Below are positions 1 to 10,160 of a DNA stretch of 64,000 nucleotides, in pieces. The DNA is from Firmicutes bacterium HGW-Firmicutes-9 (GTDB lineage Bacteria; Bacillota; Clostridia; Christensenellales; CAG-138), in contig PGZM01000005.1 in assembly GCA_002841395.1 (NCBI GenBank), positions 142,556 to 206,555 of the forward strand, written 5' to 3'. How positions within the stretch are numbered: position 1 is the stretch's first letter; every line of letters starts with the position of its first letter. The notes under the pieces were generated by a model. The model did not search any database. It was not told where the DNA came from and was given only the letters and a program-made list of their open reading frames with translations. The position numbers were made by a program, and so were the translations under genes.

Positions 1-351
1 TATGAGAAGAAGCGCTTAATCGATGAAGGACGTGATGACCTGGTGGCTATTATCGAGCATACTTCTCAAGAAAAGGGTGATGGAACTGGTTATGATATTC
101 TATCCTTTGATAAAAATGGCAACAGAAAGTACATAGAGGTCAAAACAACAGTTGGTGGAGAAGATACGCCATTTTTTATTACAGATAATGAACTGCAATT
201 CTCGATTTTAAATAGCGATAATTATACGCTATATAGACTTTACGAGTTTAACGCAAAGAAAAGAACTGCCTCATTTTACATTTTAGAAGGAGATATGACA
301 CAGGCAATTAAATTCAAAGCAACAACCTATTTAACTGATGAATTTATTTGA
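1..351 (+). CDS. DUF3883-like (restriction-endonuclease-fold) domain protein, 5'-truncated by the window edge
   Basis: Frame 1 is open from nt 1 (YEKKRLIDEGRDDLVAIIEH...), with the stop at 349-351. The pattern GYDILSF..R.YIEVKTT...FFITDNE...YTLYRLYEF matches my memory of DUF3883. The gene is AT-rich (121-180 has 21 G+C of 60). Confidence 0.55.
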   Translation, partial: YEKKRLIDEGRDDLVAIIEHTSQEKGDGTGYDILSFDKNGNRKYIEVKTTVGGEDTPFFITDNELQFSILNSDNYTLYRLYEFNAKKRTASFYILEGDMTQAIKFKATTYLTDEFI

Positions 352-518
352 GAGGCAGCTAGTAAAGTTAAATATGCCGAAACATAGCTGGCGGATGCGG
401 CGAGAGTAAGAACGGGACTCAGTTTGTTCGTAAAGATGTGAGCTCAATCCTGGCAAGAAATTGGCAAAAAAGGGCAAGAAAACCCACATTATCGTACGTG
501 ATTGTACGCGACATGAAA

Positions 519-546
519 CAAAAAAAGACCCTCGCGGGTCTTTTTT
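519..546. terminator. Bidirectional intrinsic terminator (GACCCTCGCGGGTC hairpin flanked by A-run and T-run)
   Basis: Hairpin at 527-540, T6 at 541-546 and an A-rich run at 516-526. It lies 2 nt downstream of the tRNA 3' end on the minus strand. Confidence 0.6.
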
Positions 547-548
547 CA

Positions 549-625
549 TGGTAGCGGCGATCTGATTCGAACAGATGACACTCCGGGTATGAACCGAATG
601 CTCTAGCCAGCTGAGCTACGCCGCC
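549..625 (-). tRNA. tRNA-Met (anticodon CAU), elongator-like, CCA encoded
   Basis: The reverse complement is GGCGGCGTAGCTCAGCTGGCTAGAGCATTCGGTTCATACCCGGAGTGTCATCTGTTCGAATCAGATCGCCGCTACCA. It folds as a cloverleaf with a 7-bp acceptor stem, anticodon stem TTCGG/CCGGA, loop TTCATAC, and T-arm ATCTG-TTCGAAT-CAGAT. I cannot exclude a lysidine-modified tRNA-Ile2. Confidence 0.9.
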
Positions 626-666
626 ATATGCTGTTTTTTGTGCCGATTTTCGGCGGCACATGGTGT

Positions 667-695
667 ATTATAACCGTCCGTCAAACCCATGTCAA
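667..695 (-). promoter_or_regulatory. Consensus sigma-70 promoter for the tRNA (TTGACA-17-TATAAT)
   Basis: The minus strand reads TTGACA (690-695), a 17-nt spacer, then TATAAT (667-672), about 40 nt upstream of the tRNA 5' end. Confidence 0.6.
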
Positions 696-871
696 GAGTA
701 ACATCAGCGAATCTTTCCGTCAGAATTTTTTCACGCGGATCGCGATAATATACCCTCGTTTCGGCTTTCCTTGCGGCTAGAGGCATGGTACAATTTTATA
801 AGTGGGAGTTTCCGCCCTAATATCCCCTTAGGGGAAAGATTACTCACGGTATGTCCGTCAAGGAGGAGCCA

Positions 872-3112
872 ATGATTCGCTATCATGACCATCCGGTGAC
901 CCTGCACAATGGCAGGCCGCATCCCGCCGGCAAAGACCAGGCAGCCGCGCGCGAGAAGACCATCGCGTATTCCATTCTCCGCGCGCACAACACATCCGGT
1001 GACATGGAGAAACTGCGTCTGCGCTTTGACGCGCTGATTTCGCACGATATCACCTATGTCGGCATCGTGCAGACCGCGCGCGCAAGCGGACTCACCGAAT
1101 TCCCCGTGCCGTATGCGATGACCAACTGCCACAACAGCCTCTGCGCCGTCGGCGGCACAATCAATGAGGACGACCATGTCTTCGGCCTCTCCGCCGCGAA
1201 GAAGTACGGCGGCATCTATGTGCCGGCAAACCTCAGCGTCATCCACAGCTACGCGCGCGAAGAGCTGGCGGGCTGCGGACGGATGATTCTGGGTTCGGAC
1301 AGCCACACGCGCTACGGCGCGCTGGGCACGCTCGCGGTCGGCGAAGGCGGGCCGGAGCTGGTGAAGCAGCTCTTGAAAAACACCTACGATATCGCAGCGC
1401 CTGAAGTCGTGCTCTGCTACGTGACAGGCAAACCCCGCCGCGGTGTTGGCCCGCATGACGTAGCGCTCGCGCTCGTCAAGGAAGGCTTTGCCGAAGGCCG
1501 CGCGAAAAACAAGATTCTGGAGTTCGTGGGTCCGGGGATTAAATACCTCTCCGCGGACTATCGAAACGGCGTGGACGTGATGACCACCGAGACCACGTGC
1601 TTAAGCTCCATCTGGGAGACCGACAGCGAAACCGCGGAGTTCTTCCGCGCGCACGGTCGTCCGGAAGCCTACGCAAAGCTCGCGCCGGAAGAGGGCGCAT
1701 ACTATGACAGCATGATGACCATCGAGCTGGACAAGGTGGAGTGCATGATTGCGCTTCCGTTCCACCCAAGCAATGCCTATCCCATCCGCGAGTTTATCGA
1801 GCGAGCGGACGAGCTGCTGGGCAAGGTGGAAGAGGAAGCAAAGGCGACCTTCCCGAAAGTCACACTCGATCTCAAGAGCAAGATCAAGCCGGACGGCGTT
1901 TATGCCGATCAGGGCATCATCGCGGGCTGCGCAGGCGGACTGTTTGACAACATCATCGAAGCCAGCGAGATTTTAGAGGATGGTTCAACGGGGAATGACG
2001 AGTTTTCGCTCTCCGTTTATCCCACCAGCGTGCCGGTCAGCCTCGCGCTCACCAGAGCGGAAGCGACCGAGAAGCTCATGCGCGCGGGCGCAGTCATGAA
2101 GCCCAGCTTCTGCGGCCCGTGCTTCGGCGCGGGAGATGTGCCCGCTAATAACGGTTTCTCGATCCGCCACACCACGCGCAACTTCCCCAACCGCGAAGGC
2201 AGCAAACCCGGCGAGGGCCAGCTTTCCTATGTTGCGCTGATGGACGCGCGGAGCATCGCGGCGACCGCGGCAAACGGCGGCAGGCTCACCCCCGCGACCG
2301 ACGTGGTCTACCGGAAACGCCGCATCCGCTATCGCTACGACCGTTCCAGCTATGAGAAACGCTGCTACAACGGCTTCGGCAAACCCGATCCCAGTGTGGA
2401 ACTCGTGTTCGGGCCGAACATCGCCGACTGGCCGAAGATCTACCCGCTTACGGACAACATGCTTGTGGAGCTCTCCGCCGTGATTCGCGACCCCGTGACC
2501 ACCACGGACGAGCTGATCCCATCCGGCGAGACCAGCTCCTATCGTAGCAACCCGCTTCGCCTTGCGGAGTTTGCGCTATCGCGCAGGGCTCCGGACTACG
2601 TCGGCCGCAGCAAAGCGGTTGCTAAGGCGGAAACCGCGCGCAGGGAAGGCGCTGCTCCGGACGCGCTCAAGTCGCTGCTTGGTAAAGTCGGCGACGCAGA
2701 CAAGCTCCTGAAAAACACCGCCTATGGCTCCTGCGTGTTCGCCAACAAACCCGGCGACGGCAGCGCGCGCGAACAGGCCGCTTCCAGCCAGCGCGTGCTC
2801 GGCGGCTCTGCCAACATCTGCTACGAATACGCGACCAAGCGCTACCGCAGCAACTGCATCAACTGGGGCATTCTGCCGTTTACGCTGCCCGCGGGCGCAA
2901 GCTTCCCCTACGAAGTGGGCGACCATGTTTTCGTGCCTAATGTGCGCGAAGCGATTGAGGAGCAGAAGGATACGCTTCCAGCCGTTGCGATCAAACAGGA
3001 CGGCACGACGGAGAATATCACGCTCAACCTGCCGCCGCTGACCGCGGACGAGCGCGAAATCCTGCTCGAAGGATGCCTGATGAACTACTACGCCGCGCAC
3101 GCCGGCAAGTAA
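872..3112 (+). CDS. Aconitate hydratase (aconitase family, clostridial ~750-aa type)
   Basis: Long ORF containing GSDSHT, CGPCFG and swivel-domain-like sequence. I chose the ATG at 872 because AAGGAGG lies 5 nt upstream; the track start at 851 has no RBS. The next gene is icd. Confidence 0.85.
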   Translation: MIRYHDHPVTLHNGRPHPAGKDQAAAREKTIAYSILRAHNTSGDMEKLRLRFDALISHDITYVGIVQTARASGLTEFPVPYAMTNCHNSLCAVGGTINEDDHVFGLSAAKKYGGIYVPANLSVIHSYAREELAGCGRMILGSDSHTRYGALGTLAVGEGGPELVKQLLKNTYDIAAPEVVLCYVTGKPRRGVGPHDVALALVKEGFAEGRAKNKILEFVGPGIKYLSADYRNGVDVMTTETTCLSSIWETDSETAEFFRAHGRPEAYAKLAPEEGAYYDSMMTIELDKVECMIALPFHPSNAYPIREFIERADELLGKVEEEAKATFPKVTLDLKSKIKPDGVYADQGIIAGCAGGLFDNIIEASEILEDGSTGNDEFSLSVYPTSVPVSLALTRAEATEKLMRAGAVMKPSFCGPCFGAGDVPANNGFSIRHTTRNFPNREGSKPGEGQLSYVALMDARSIAATAANGGRLTPATDVVYRKRRIRYRYDRSSYEKRCYNGFGKPDPSVELVFGPNIADWPKIYPLTDNMLVELSAVIRDPVTTTDELIPSGETSSYRSNPLRLAEFALSRRAPDYVGRSKAVAKAETARREGAAPDALKSLLGKVGDADKLLKNTAYGSCVFANKPGDGSAREQAASSQRVLGGSANICYEYATKRYRSNCINWGILPFTLPAGASFPYEVGDHVFVPNVREAIEEQKDTLPAVAIKQDGTTENITLNLPPLTADEREILLEGCLMNYYAAHAGK

Positions 3113-3202
3113 GACGGTACGCGAGTAACAGTAGTCTGCAATTGCGACAACGCAATTGAATAGAAGCAGTAAAACAAAACCACAAGCCGAAAGGAAACGG
3201 AT

Positions 3203-4414
3203 ATGGATTTGATCAAGATGAAAACCCCGCTCGTCGAGATGGACGGAGACGAGATGACGCGCATCCTCTGGCAGCAGATCAAGGACGAGCTGATCCTGCC
3301 GTTCGTCGATCTGAAATCGGAGTACTACGATCTGGGTCTTACGGAACGCGAAAAGACAAAGGATCAGATCACGACGGAAGCCGCCAACGCGATCAAAAAG
3401 TACGGCGTCGGCGTGAAATGCGCAACCATCACGCCCAACGCCCAGCGCGTGCAGGAATATAACCTGAGCGAGATGTGGAAGAGCCCCAACGGCACCATCC
3501 GCGCGATTCTCGACGGAACCGTCTTCCGCGCGCCGATCCTGATCGACAGTGTGAAGCCTGTGGTCAAAACCTGGAAGAAGCCGATCACCATCGCGCGTCA
3601 CGCCTATGGCGACGTTTACCGCGCAACGGAATACCGCGTGCCGGAAAAGGGTAAAGCGGAGCTCGTATTCACAGGCGATAACGGCGCCAGCTTCCGCAAG
3701 ACCATCTATGATTTTGAGTGCCCCGGTGTGATTCAGGGCATGAGCAATAAGGACACCTCCATCCGCTCCTTTGCGCACAGCTGCTTCCAATACGCGCTGA
3801 GCACCAAGCAGGACGTTTGGTTCTCCACCAAGGACACGATCAGCAAGATCTACGATCATACGTTCAAAGATATCTTTGAGGAGATCTTCGAAGCGGACTA
3901 CAAAGCGAAGTTTGAAGCGGCTGGCTTAACCTACTTCTACACGCTGATCGACGACGCGGTCGCGCGCGTGATCCGCTCCGAAGGCGGCTATATCTGGGCG
4001 TGCAAAAACTACGACGGCGACGTGATGAGCGACATGGTCAGCACGGCGTTCGGCAGCCTTGCTATGATGACCAGCGTGCTCGTCTCTCCTGACGGCAACT
4101 TTGAGTACGAAGCGGCGCACGGAACCGTTACCCGTCACTACTACAAATACCTGCAGGGCGAAGAGACCAGCACCAACCCCATGGCGACCATCTTCGCCTG
4201 GAGCGGCGCCATGCAGAAGCGCGGCGAGCTGGACAAGCTGCCTGAACTGTCGGTCTTCGGCAAAAAGCTCGAAGAAGCGTCCATCGAGACGCTCGATGCG
4301 GGCATCATGACCAAGGACCTTGTGGGGCTCTGCGAGGGCATTACGCCGACGGCGGTGACGAGCATCGTGTTTATCCGCGAAATTCGCAAACGCCTCGAGG
4401 CAAAATACGCGTAA
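3203..4414 (+). CDS. icd: NADP-dependent isocitrate dehydrogenase (eukaryote-like homodimeric type)
   Basis: The N-terminus [20 protein letters not shown], plus KCATITPN and 403 aa length, are typical of IDH1/2-like enzymes. Confidence 0.9.
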   Translation: MDLIKMKTPLVEMDGDEMTRILWQQIKDELILPFVDLKSEYYDLGLTEREKTKDQITTEAANAIKKYGVGVKCATITPNAQRVQEYNLSEMWKSPNGTIRAILDGTVFRAPILIDSVKPVVKTWKKPITIARHAYGDVYRATEYRVPEKGKAELVFTGDNGASFRKTIYDFECPGVIQGMSNKDTSIRSFAHSCFQYALSTKQDVWFSTKDTISKIYDHTFKDIFEEIFEADYKAKFEAAGLTYFYTLIDDAVARVIRSEGGYIWACKNYDGDVMSDMVSTAFGSLAMMTSVLVSPDGNFEYEAAHGTVTRHYYKYLQGEETSTNPMATIFAWSGAMQKRGELDKLPELSVFGKKLEEASIETLDAGIMTKDLVGLCEGITPTAVTSIVFIREIRKRLEAKYA

Positions 4415-4432
4415 AAGCAGCACAAATGAAAG

Positions 4433-4462
4433 ACTCGCGGGTTAACTCGCGGGTCTTTTTTT
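4433..4462 (+). terminator. Intrinsic terminator after icd
   Basis: An 8-bp stem GACTCGCG/CGCGGGTC with an 8-nt loop, followed by T8. Confidence 0.6.
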
Positions 4463-4581
4463 GACAGAACATTCATACATGCGTCATGCGCCCGACACAA
4501 GTGTTTACTAAGATCATATCGTGTGATATTGTGTCACAAACAACTAGAACAATGACAACTGCACAAGGAGTGTGACAGTAT

Positions 4582-5583
4582 ATGAAACGATCCATTTTGA
4601 AACGCATCCTTCCGGTAATGATGGCGCTACTATTGTTTCTTGCAGCTGGCTGCGGCAAGTCTCCCATCAAAGAAGCAGCGGAAGAAGTGGCGGCGCAGGA
4701 ACCCGTCGTCATCGGTACAGAGCCGCAGACGGACGCATCCACCGTGGACCACAGCAGCCTTTATGCCGTGGATGGTACCACGGAGAGTTCCGATAACGAA
4801 TCGTATGCCTCCGACACGGCGAACGTCAACACCGTGCTCGTGCAAAACGCGGGTGTACTCGCGATGACAAGCGCGGATATCAACAAAACCGGCGATTCCG
4901 CGGGCGACCTTTCCGGCGGGCAGAATGCTGCAGTCGCCGTGCTGACCCGTGGACAGATGACGCTGAATGGAAGCAACATCACCACCAACGCCATCGGCGC
5001 GTTCGGGATGTTTGCCGCGGGCAACGACTCCACGTTGATCCTCAGCGGAACCTCGGTCTACACCTCTGGCGATTCTTCGCCCGCGCTGGCCCTACGGGAT
5101 GGCGCAATCGCAATCCTCACAGGCAGCTCACTCTCCACGGAAGGGATGGATTCACCCGCGCTGCTCCTTTCTGGCGGAAGCCTGACGCTTTCCGCGGTAA
5201 CACTCTCGGCAAAAGGCGGCGAATTATTGCGCATTCTTGCGGGCGAAAATGAGCTGACGCTGGACAACGTGCTGATCCCGTCGACATCGATCTTTGGCGA
5301 GGAAGCGACGTTGATTCTTCGTCTTACAAACGGTTCCTCGTTTGGCGGCGCGCTCGGCAGCACCTTACCCGCGCGGGCATCGGTCTATCTGGATGCCTCC
5401 AGCAAACTCATTCTGACGGCGGAGACGTACCTGTCCGCTTTCGTCAACGCGGATCTGACGCACGCAAACATCGAGTCCAACGGATTCAACCTCTACTATG
5501 ATTCGGAAGCGGCCGACAACGCGTATCTGGAGAGCCAATCGTTTATGCTGCCCGGCGGCGGATTCCTTGCCCCGATCATCTGA
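4582..5583 (+). CDS. Putative lipoprotein with beta-helix-like Ser/Gly/Thr-rich repeats
   Basis: Signal peptide with lipobox LAAGC, RBS AAGGAG, and repetitive L-x-G-S/T segments. I recognise no specific family. Confidence 0.65.
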   Translation: MKRSILKRILPVMMALLLFLAAGCGKSPIKEAAEEVAAQEPVVIGTEPQTDASTVDHSSLYAVDGTTESSDNESYASDTANVNTVLVQNAGVLAMTSADINKTGDSAGDLSGGQNAAVAVLTRGQMTLNGSNITTNAIGAFGMFAAGNDSTLILSGTSVYTSGDSSPALALRDGAIAILTGSSLSTEGMDSPALLLSGGSLTLSAVTLSAKGGELLRILAGENELTLDNVLIPSTSIFGEEATLILRLTNGSSFGGALGSTLPARASVYLDASSKLILTAETYLSAFVNADLTHANIESNGFNLYYDSEAADNAYLESQSFMLPGGGFLAPII

Positions 5584-5697
5584 ACGGCTACATGCGCAAT
5601 TTTCCGCGGATTTACTCGCTTTTTTCATCGACCCGTGTTATAATCAAGCGCTAAAATAAGAAAAGACCCGCACAGGCGGGAGAGGAGATAAACAAAC

Positions 5698-5970
5698 ATG
5701 AACGGAGCGGAGCGCGCGGAATACCGGAAGCTTGCAAATACGCTGAAGCCCATTTTCCAGATTGGCAAAGAGGACATCGGCGAGAATCTGATCAAGAGCG
5801 TGGATGAGGCGCTGAATAAGCGGGAGCTGATCAAGTTCGCCGTGCTGGAGTCAAGCACACTTTCCACCAAGGACGCGGCGGGAACGCTCGCGGAGGCGCT
5901 GGGAGCTACGGTCATCCAGAGCATCGGCAGAAAGTTTGTCCTCTACCGGAAAAAGCCGGAAGAGATGTAA
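5698..5970 (+). CDS. yhbY: YhbY-type CRM-domain RNA-binding protein (ribosome assembly)
   Basis: 90 aa; the pattern LANTLKPIFQIGKEDI...ELIKFAVL...IGRKFVLYR is typical of YhbY. Confidence 0.85.
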   Translation: MNGAERAEYRKLANTLKPIFQIGKEDIGENLIKSVDEALNKRELIKFAVLESSTLSTKDAAGTLAEALGATVIQSIGRKFVLYRKKPEEM

Positions 5971-5976
5971 GAAACA

Positions 5977-6006
5977 CAAAAGATCGGGCATTGCCCGATC
6001 TTTTTA
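5977..6006. terminator. Bidirectional terminator between convergent genes
   Basis: AGATCGGGCA/TGCCCGATCT hairpin with A and T runs on both sides. Confidence 0.6.
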
Positions 6007-6025
6007 TTTGTAATTGTTATTTTGA

Positions 6026-6754
6026 TTAGAAGAGCTTGAACACGTTCTGGTTAAACCAGGTGAAACCAAGATCGTAATACGGCAGCCATTGTAACGTCAT
6101 CGCGACGCCCGCGACCACCCAAAGCAGCAGCAAACTCACGATGATCAGCAGAACGATCGAAAGTCCGTGTCCTCCGCTGCGCTTCGCCTTTTTCTGATAG
6201 GACTCGTCGAAGATTTCATCCCGGATGCTGTCCTTCTTCGGACGCGGTTCCTGTTTTGCGTCGCGCTTTTTCCCTTTGGTTTTTTCTTTTTTTTGCGGTG
6301 GCAGCGGATCAAGCTCGGAGCGCCAAGAGAGGGGATCCGGTTCGTCCGGCATCGACGGTTCTTCGGGCTCTTCTACCTCTTCACGCCAAACGGGCGGTTC
6401 CGGCTCTTTTTCGGGCTGCGGGCGCGTGATCGACGAAACAGGCATATTGCCGGTGATTTCGTGATCCAGCTCGCTTTCGATGGTGCGCATATCGGTGCTG
6501 ATCTGCGCATAGGTAGCGATGTTTCTTTCGATCAGGTCGCCGAACCAAAGGTTCCAGCCGTCGTCTTCCGGCTGCTGCTGCACAATTGCAACAAACTGAC
6601 CAAAGGTCTGTCGGGCTGCTTCGCGCGCAAGGTCTTTGTCTCCCGTGCGCTCAAAAGCGCGCTGGAAAACAGCGCTGCCATAGGTTGCAACGAGCTCCTT
6701 GACGGCTTCTTTTTCACCGCTCCGGATGCGGCGGACCAATTCTGATAGCTGCAT
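6026..6754 (-). CDS. Hypothetical C-terminally membrane-anchored protein with a sigma-70 region-2-like N-terminus
   Basis: The N-terminus (RIRSGEKEAVKELVATYGSAVFQRAF) resembles the start of sigma70_r2. It is followed by a Pro/Glu-rich linker, a Lys-rich segment and one transmembrane (TM) helix. RBS AGGGAG. Confidence 0.55.
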   Translation of the reverse strand: MQLSELVRRIRSGEKEAVKELVATYGSAVFQRAFERTGDKDLAREAARQTFGQFVAIVQQQPEDDGWNLWFGDLIERNIATYAQISTDMRTIESELDHEITGNMPVSSITRPQPEKEPEPPVWREEVEEPEEPSMPDEPDPLSWRSELDPLPPQKKEKTKGKKRDAKQEPRPKKDSIRDEIFDESYQKKAKRSGGHGLSIVLLIIVSLLLLWVVAGVAMTLQWLPYYDLGFTWFNQNVFKLF

Positions 6755-6989
6755 GCCTGTGGCGCTCCCTGTTAAAAAGATAGATTATTATAACATGCTT
6801 TGTACCATCTGAAAAGAGCGGACGCAACATCTTGGTCACAAAGTGGTGATAAACAGGTTTATATTGACAAAACGGGTGTTTTCTGATAAATATATTACTT
6901 TGTTGGTTGGCGCAGGCTGGTAAAAATGTTACTTGCATGCCGCCAAAGAAACGACTATTTTATCGGAAACTGATTTGGGAGGAATACAC

Positions 6990-8390
6990 ATGCAGACAGA
7001 CGTTGTGATCGTTGGCGCAGGCCCTTCGGGCATTTTTACCGCACTTGAGATGATCAAACGCGGCACAAAACAGCGCATCGTCATCGTGGAAAAAGGCCTC
7101 GCGGTGGAACAACGCCGCTGCCCCAAGGCCGTCACCGGTCGTTGCGTCAACTGCAAACCATACTGCCATATCACGACCGGTTTTTCCGGTGCGGGCGCGT
7201 TTTCGGACGGCAAGCTCTCGCTCTCGTTTGAAGTAGGCGGTGATTTGCCGAGCCTGATCGGCCCCGACAAGGCGCAGGCTGCGATTGACTATACCGACGG
7301 CATCTATCTGGAGTTTGGTGCAGACGACCACATCGAAGGCATTAACAACACGTCCGCCGTCAAGGAGATCCGTCGCCGCGCAATTCAGGCTGGGCTCAAG
7401 CTCGTTGACTGCCCGATTCGCCACCTCGGCACCGAGAAGGCGCAGGACATCTACTATGCCATCGAGCAGTATCTGCTGGAACACGGCGTGGAGATGCTCT
7501 TTGGTCACGCCTGCGAAAACCTGATTCTCGAAAACAACGTCTGCAAGGGCGTTCTGCTCAACGACGGTAAGCAGGGCTTTGAACTATTTGCCAAGACCGT
7601 TGTCATCGCGACCGGCCGCCGCGGCGCGGACTGGCTGGAGAGCATCTGCGCGGAGCACAGCATCGCGCATCAGCCGGGCACGGTCGATATCGGTGTGCGC
7701 GTCGAGGTGCGTAACGAGGTCATGGAGACCGTGAATGAGGTGCTTTACGAGAGCAAGCTCATCGGCTATCCGCAGCCGTTCCGCAACAAGGTCCGCACCT
7801 TCTGCCAGAACCCCGGCGGCTTTGTCAGCCAGGAAAACTATGACAACGATCTTGCCGTGGTCAACGGACACGCATATAAAGAGAAGAAGTCCAACAACAC
7901 GAACCTCGCGATTCTCTGCTCGCACAACTTTAATGTACCGTTCGATCAGCCGATCGCCTATGCGCAGAAGGTCGGCGAACTGACCAACATGCTTGGCGCG
8001 GGGCACATTCTCGTGCAGCGCTACGGCGACATCCTCGACGGCAAGCGCACCTGGCAGAGAGAGCTTTCGTTCTCCAACGTGGTGCCGACTCTGCCGGACG
8101 CGATCGCGGGAGACATCACCGCGGCGATGCCGTATCGCGCGATGACGAACATCATCAACTTCATTCAGGCGGTCGATCAGGTTGTGCCGGGTTTTGCCGC
8201 GGCAGAGACGCTGCTCTATTCGCCGGAGCTGAAGTTCTACTCTAACCGCGTGAAGATGGACGACAACTTCACGACCAACATTCAAGGGTTCTACACGCTG
8301 GGCGATTCCAGCGGATGGACACGGGGACTGATGATGGCTTCGGTCATGGGCGTTCTGATGGGACGCAGGCTCGCAACGGAAGAGAAGTAA
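6990..8390 (+). CDS. FAD-dependent oxidoreductase (COG2509-like NAD(FAD)-utilizing dehydrogenase)
   Basis: Dinucleotide fold DVVIVGAGPSGIF immediately after the ATG at 6990, with GGGAGG 7 nt upstream. The track start at 6933 lacks an RBS. Confidence 0.8.
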   Translation: MQTDVVIVGAGPSGIFTALEMIKRGTKQRIVIVEKGLAVEQRRCPKAVTGRCVNCKPYCHITTGFSGAGAFSDGKLSLSFEVGGDLPSLIGPDKAQAAIDYTDGIYLEFGADDHIEGINNTSAVKEIRRRAIQAGLKLVDCPIRHLGTEKAQDIYYAIEQYLLEHGVEMLFGHACENLILENNVCKGVLLNDGKQGFELFAKTVVIATGRRGADWLESICAEHSIAHQPGTVDIGVRVEVRNEVMETVNEVLYESKLIGYPQPFRNKVRTFCQNPGGFVSQENYDNDLAVVNGHAYKEKKSNNTNLAILCSHNFNVPFDQPIAYAQKVGELTNMLGAGHILVQRYGDILDGKRTWQRELSFSNVVPTLPDAIAGDITAAMPYRAMTNIINFIQAVDQVVPGFAAAETLLYSPELKFYSNRVKMDDNFTTNIQGFYTLGDSSGWTRGLMMASVMGVLMGRRLATEEK

Positions 8391-8400
8391 CAAACACAAA

Positions 8401-8430
8401 GGGCTGTCCGAAAAGCGGACAGCCCTTTTT
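8401..8430. terminator. Bidirectional terminator
   Basis: GGGCTGTCCG-aaaag-CGGACAGCCC followed by T5. Confidence 0.65.
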
Positions 8431-8445
8431 AAACGTGAATTACGA

Positions 8446-8868
8446 TTATCGGGTGCGGCTGGAAAGATTTACCGTGATGTTCCCGCGTGTCGCGTGGGAA
8501 TAGGGGCAAACCTGATGCGCTTCCTGCGTGAGCGCTTCGGCAAGCGCGGCATCGTCCGTGTCGATGATGGCGACGAGATTGACCTCCAGCTGGAAGTTTC
8601 TAGCTTCATTGCGACCGATGCCGACGGTCGCCTGGACGTCCGGCGCGGGCAGGTTCAGCCTGCGGACGCGGATTGCGTGCTGCAAGGCGCTGCCGAAGCA
8701 CGCGGCGTATCCTGCCGCGAACAGCTGCTCCGGGTTGACGCCGTCGAGTTTTTTTCCGCCCATAGAGGGAGGAAGCGCCATCTCAAAATCGATCGGGCTG
8801 TTTTCCACCTTGACGTGTCCGTCCCGTCCGCCGGTTGCGTATGCTGTCGTTTTATAATCTATGTTCAT
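8446..8868 (-). CDS. ohr: Organic hydroperoxide resistance protein (OsmC/Ohr family)
   Basis: 140 aa with NPEQLFAAGYAACF and VCPYS, the two conserved Cys motifs. Confidence 0.9.
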   Translation of the reverse strand: MNIDYKTTAYATGGRDGHVKVENSPIDFEMALPPSMGGKKLDGVNPEQLFAAGYAACFGSALQHAIRVRRLNLPAPDVQATVGIGRNEARNFQLEVNLVAIIDTDDAALAEALTQEAHQVCPYSHATRGNITVNLSSRTR

Positions 8869-8978
8869 AAAAACACCTCCATCGTTGTGATATCTTGATT
8901 ATACGCCTTAAAATACAATATGATGATGACTAACGCACATAAGATCCTTTTATTTCAGCGTTTTTTACGGAGGAACCT

Positions 8979-9353
8979 ATGGAAAGCCTGTTTTCGGAGT
9001 TTGAATTGTGCGAGGCCGCGCGGGCGATTGCCTCCACGCGGATGAAGAGCGAGAAAACGATTCTCAAGCTCAAGGACGGTTCCGCGCAGCAACGCATGAC
9101 CGCGCGCGGCATCGCAGCATATTCTCTTGCGCTCCAACTCATCGCGCGGGAGCTTGGCGAACCGTGTGAGCCGATCGCGTGCGACAAAGTATCTCTGGAT
9201 CATGCGACAGAAGTGTATGCGTCTATGACCACCCGCGTGGAAGCAATCCTGCCAAAGTTTGCCGCAGGCACGCCGCAGCATACGCTCGCGGTGAGACGAC
9301 TCAGGGCGTTTGAGATTGCGCGGGCGTTGATTCGACGGGAGCAGGGGCAGTAG
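8979..9353 (+). CDS. Hypothetical protein
   Basis: GGAGGA RBS 6 nt upstream and flank-like codon usage. I recognise no family. Confidence 0.55.
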   Translation: MESLFSEFELCEAARAIASTRMKSEKTILKLKDGSAQQRMTARGIAAYSLALQLIARELGEPCEPIACDKVSLDHATEVYASMTTRVEAILPKFAAGTPQHTLAVRRLRAFEIARALIRREQGQ

Positions 9354-9481
9354 CAGCTCTTAGATTTTATATTTTTCTGCGGTCTTGTTATTTTCTGTAC
9401 ATCGGCATACGATGAAAGCAGAAACACACGGAGGTGGTTGCACGCCGTGTGCCGACACAACACACAAAGGAGAGTATTCTT

Positions 9482-10123
9482 ATGAAGATAGCACTCATTG
9501 GCGCGACCGGCAATGTCGGGTCGCATGTATTAAAGGAAGCGCTCTCGCGCGGTCATCAGGTGACAGCGATTGCGCGCGACGCGGGGAAGCTTTCCGCGGG
9601 ACAGAGCAATCTCAACGTAGATGAGACAGACGTTTATGATACCGATGCGCTGGCAACGGCGCTGCGCGGGCACGACGCGATCATCAGCGCGTTCAACTCC
9701 GGCTGGCAGAACCCGAATCTCTACGCGGACTACAAGCGTGGCTATGCGTCCATACTCGCTGCCGCCAACCGATCCGGCGTGAAGCGGATTCTCGTCGTCG
9801 GCGGAGCGTCGAGCCTCGTGCTGCCGGATGGCAGGCGCGTGTTTGACGCGTATATTCCGCCGGAGTTTGTCAACGCGGTGCGCGGAGCAATGGACTTACT
9901 GGAGGATATCCAGAAGGAGAACGAGCTCGACTGGACGTTCCTCAGTCCCGCGATCGAGTTGCGTCCTGGGGAGCGCACCGGCAAGTTCCGCCTCGGCACC
10001 GACAACCCCGTCATGGATGCCGAGGGCAAGAGCGGCATCACAGTCGCGGATATGGCTGTTGCCATCGTCGACGAAATCGAAAACGGTCAGTTCATCCGCA
10101 GGCGTTTCACGGTCGGATATTAA
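9482..10123 (+). CDS. NAD(P)H-binding atypical SDR (YwnB/NmrA-like)
   Basis: MKIALIGATGNVGSHV Rossmann motif at the ATG at 9482, with an AAAGGAGAG RBS. Confidence 0.85.
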   Translation: MKIALIGATGNVGSHVLKEALSRGHQVTAIARDAGKLSAGQSNLNVDETDVYDTDALATALRGHDAIISAFNSGWQNPNLYADYKRGYASILAAANRSGVKRILVVGGASSLVLPDGRRVFDAYIPPEFVNAVRGAMDLLEDIQKENELDWTFLSPAIELRPGERTGKFRLGTDNPVMDAEGKSGITVADMAVAIVDEIENGQFIRRRFTVGY

Positions 10124-10160
10124 CGATCCTACTTCTGCTTAAAATTGCGAAACACAAAAA

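Noticed and set aside
463-474. Shared 12-mer GGCAAAAAAGGG near the boundaries of two AT-rich islands (463-474 and 10196-10207), as a possible att-like repeat
   Set aside because: Many chance 12-mer matches are expected within 64 kb, the word is low-complexity, and the surrounding similarity decays immediately. This is not enough to claim a shared element.
731-3859. Minus-strand ORFs 731-1456 (241 aa) and 2576-3859 (427 aa)
   Set aside because: They are antisense to the aconitase and icd genes. They have no RBS, and their composition is typical of stop-codon-free antisense frames.
4522-4538. CRP-like TGTGA-N7-TCACA upstream of the lipoprotein gene
   Set aside because: The half-sites are perfect, but the spacer is 7 nt rather than the canonical 6. 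With no other support this could be chance in an AT-richer intergenic region.
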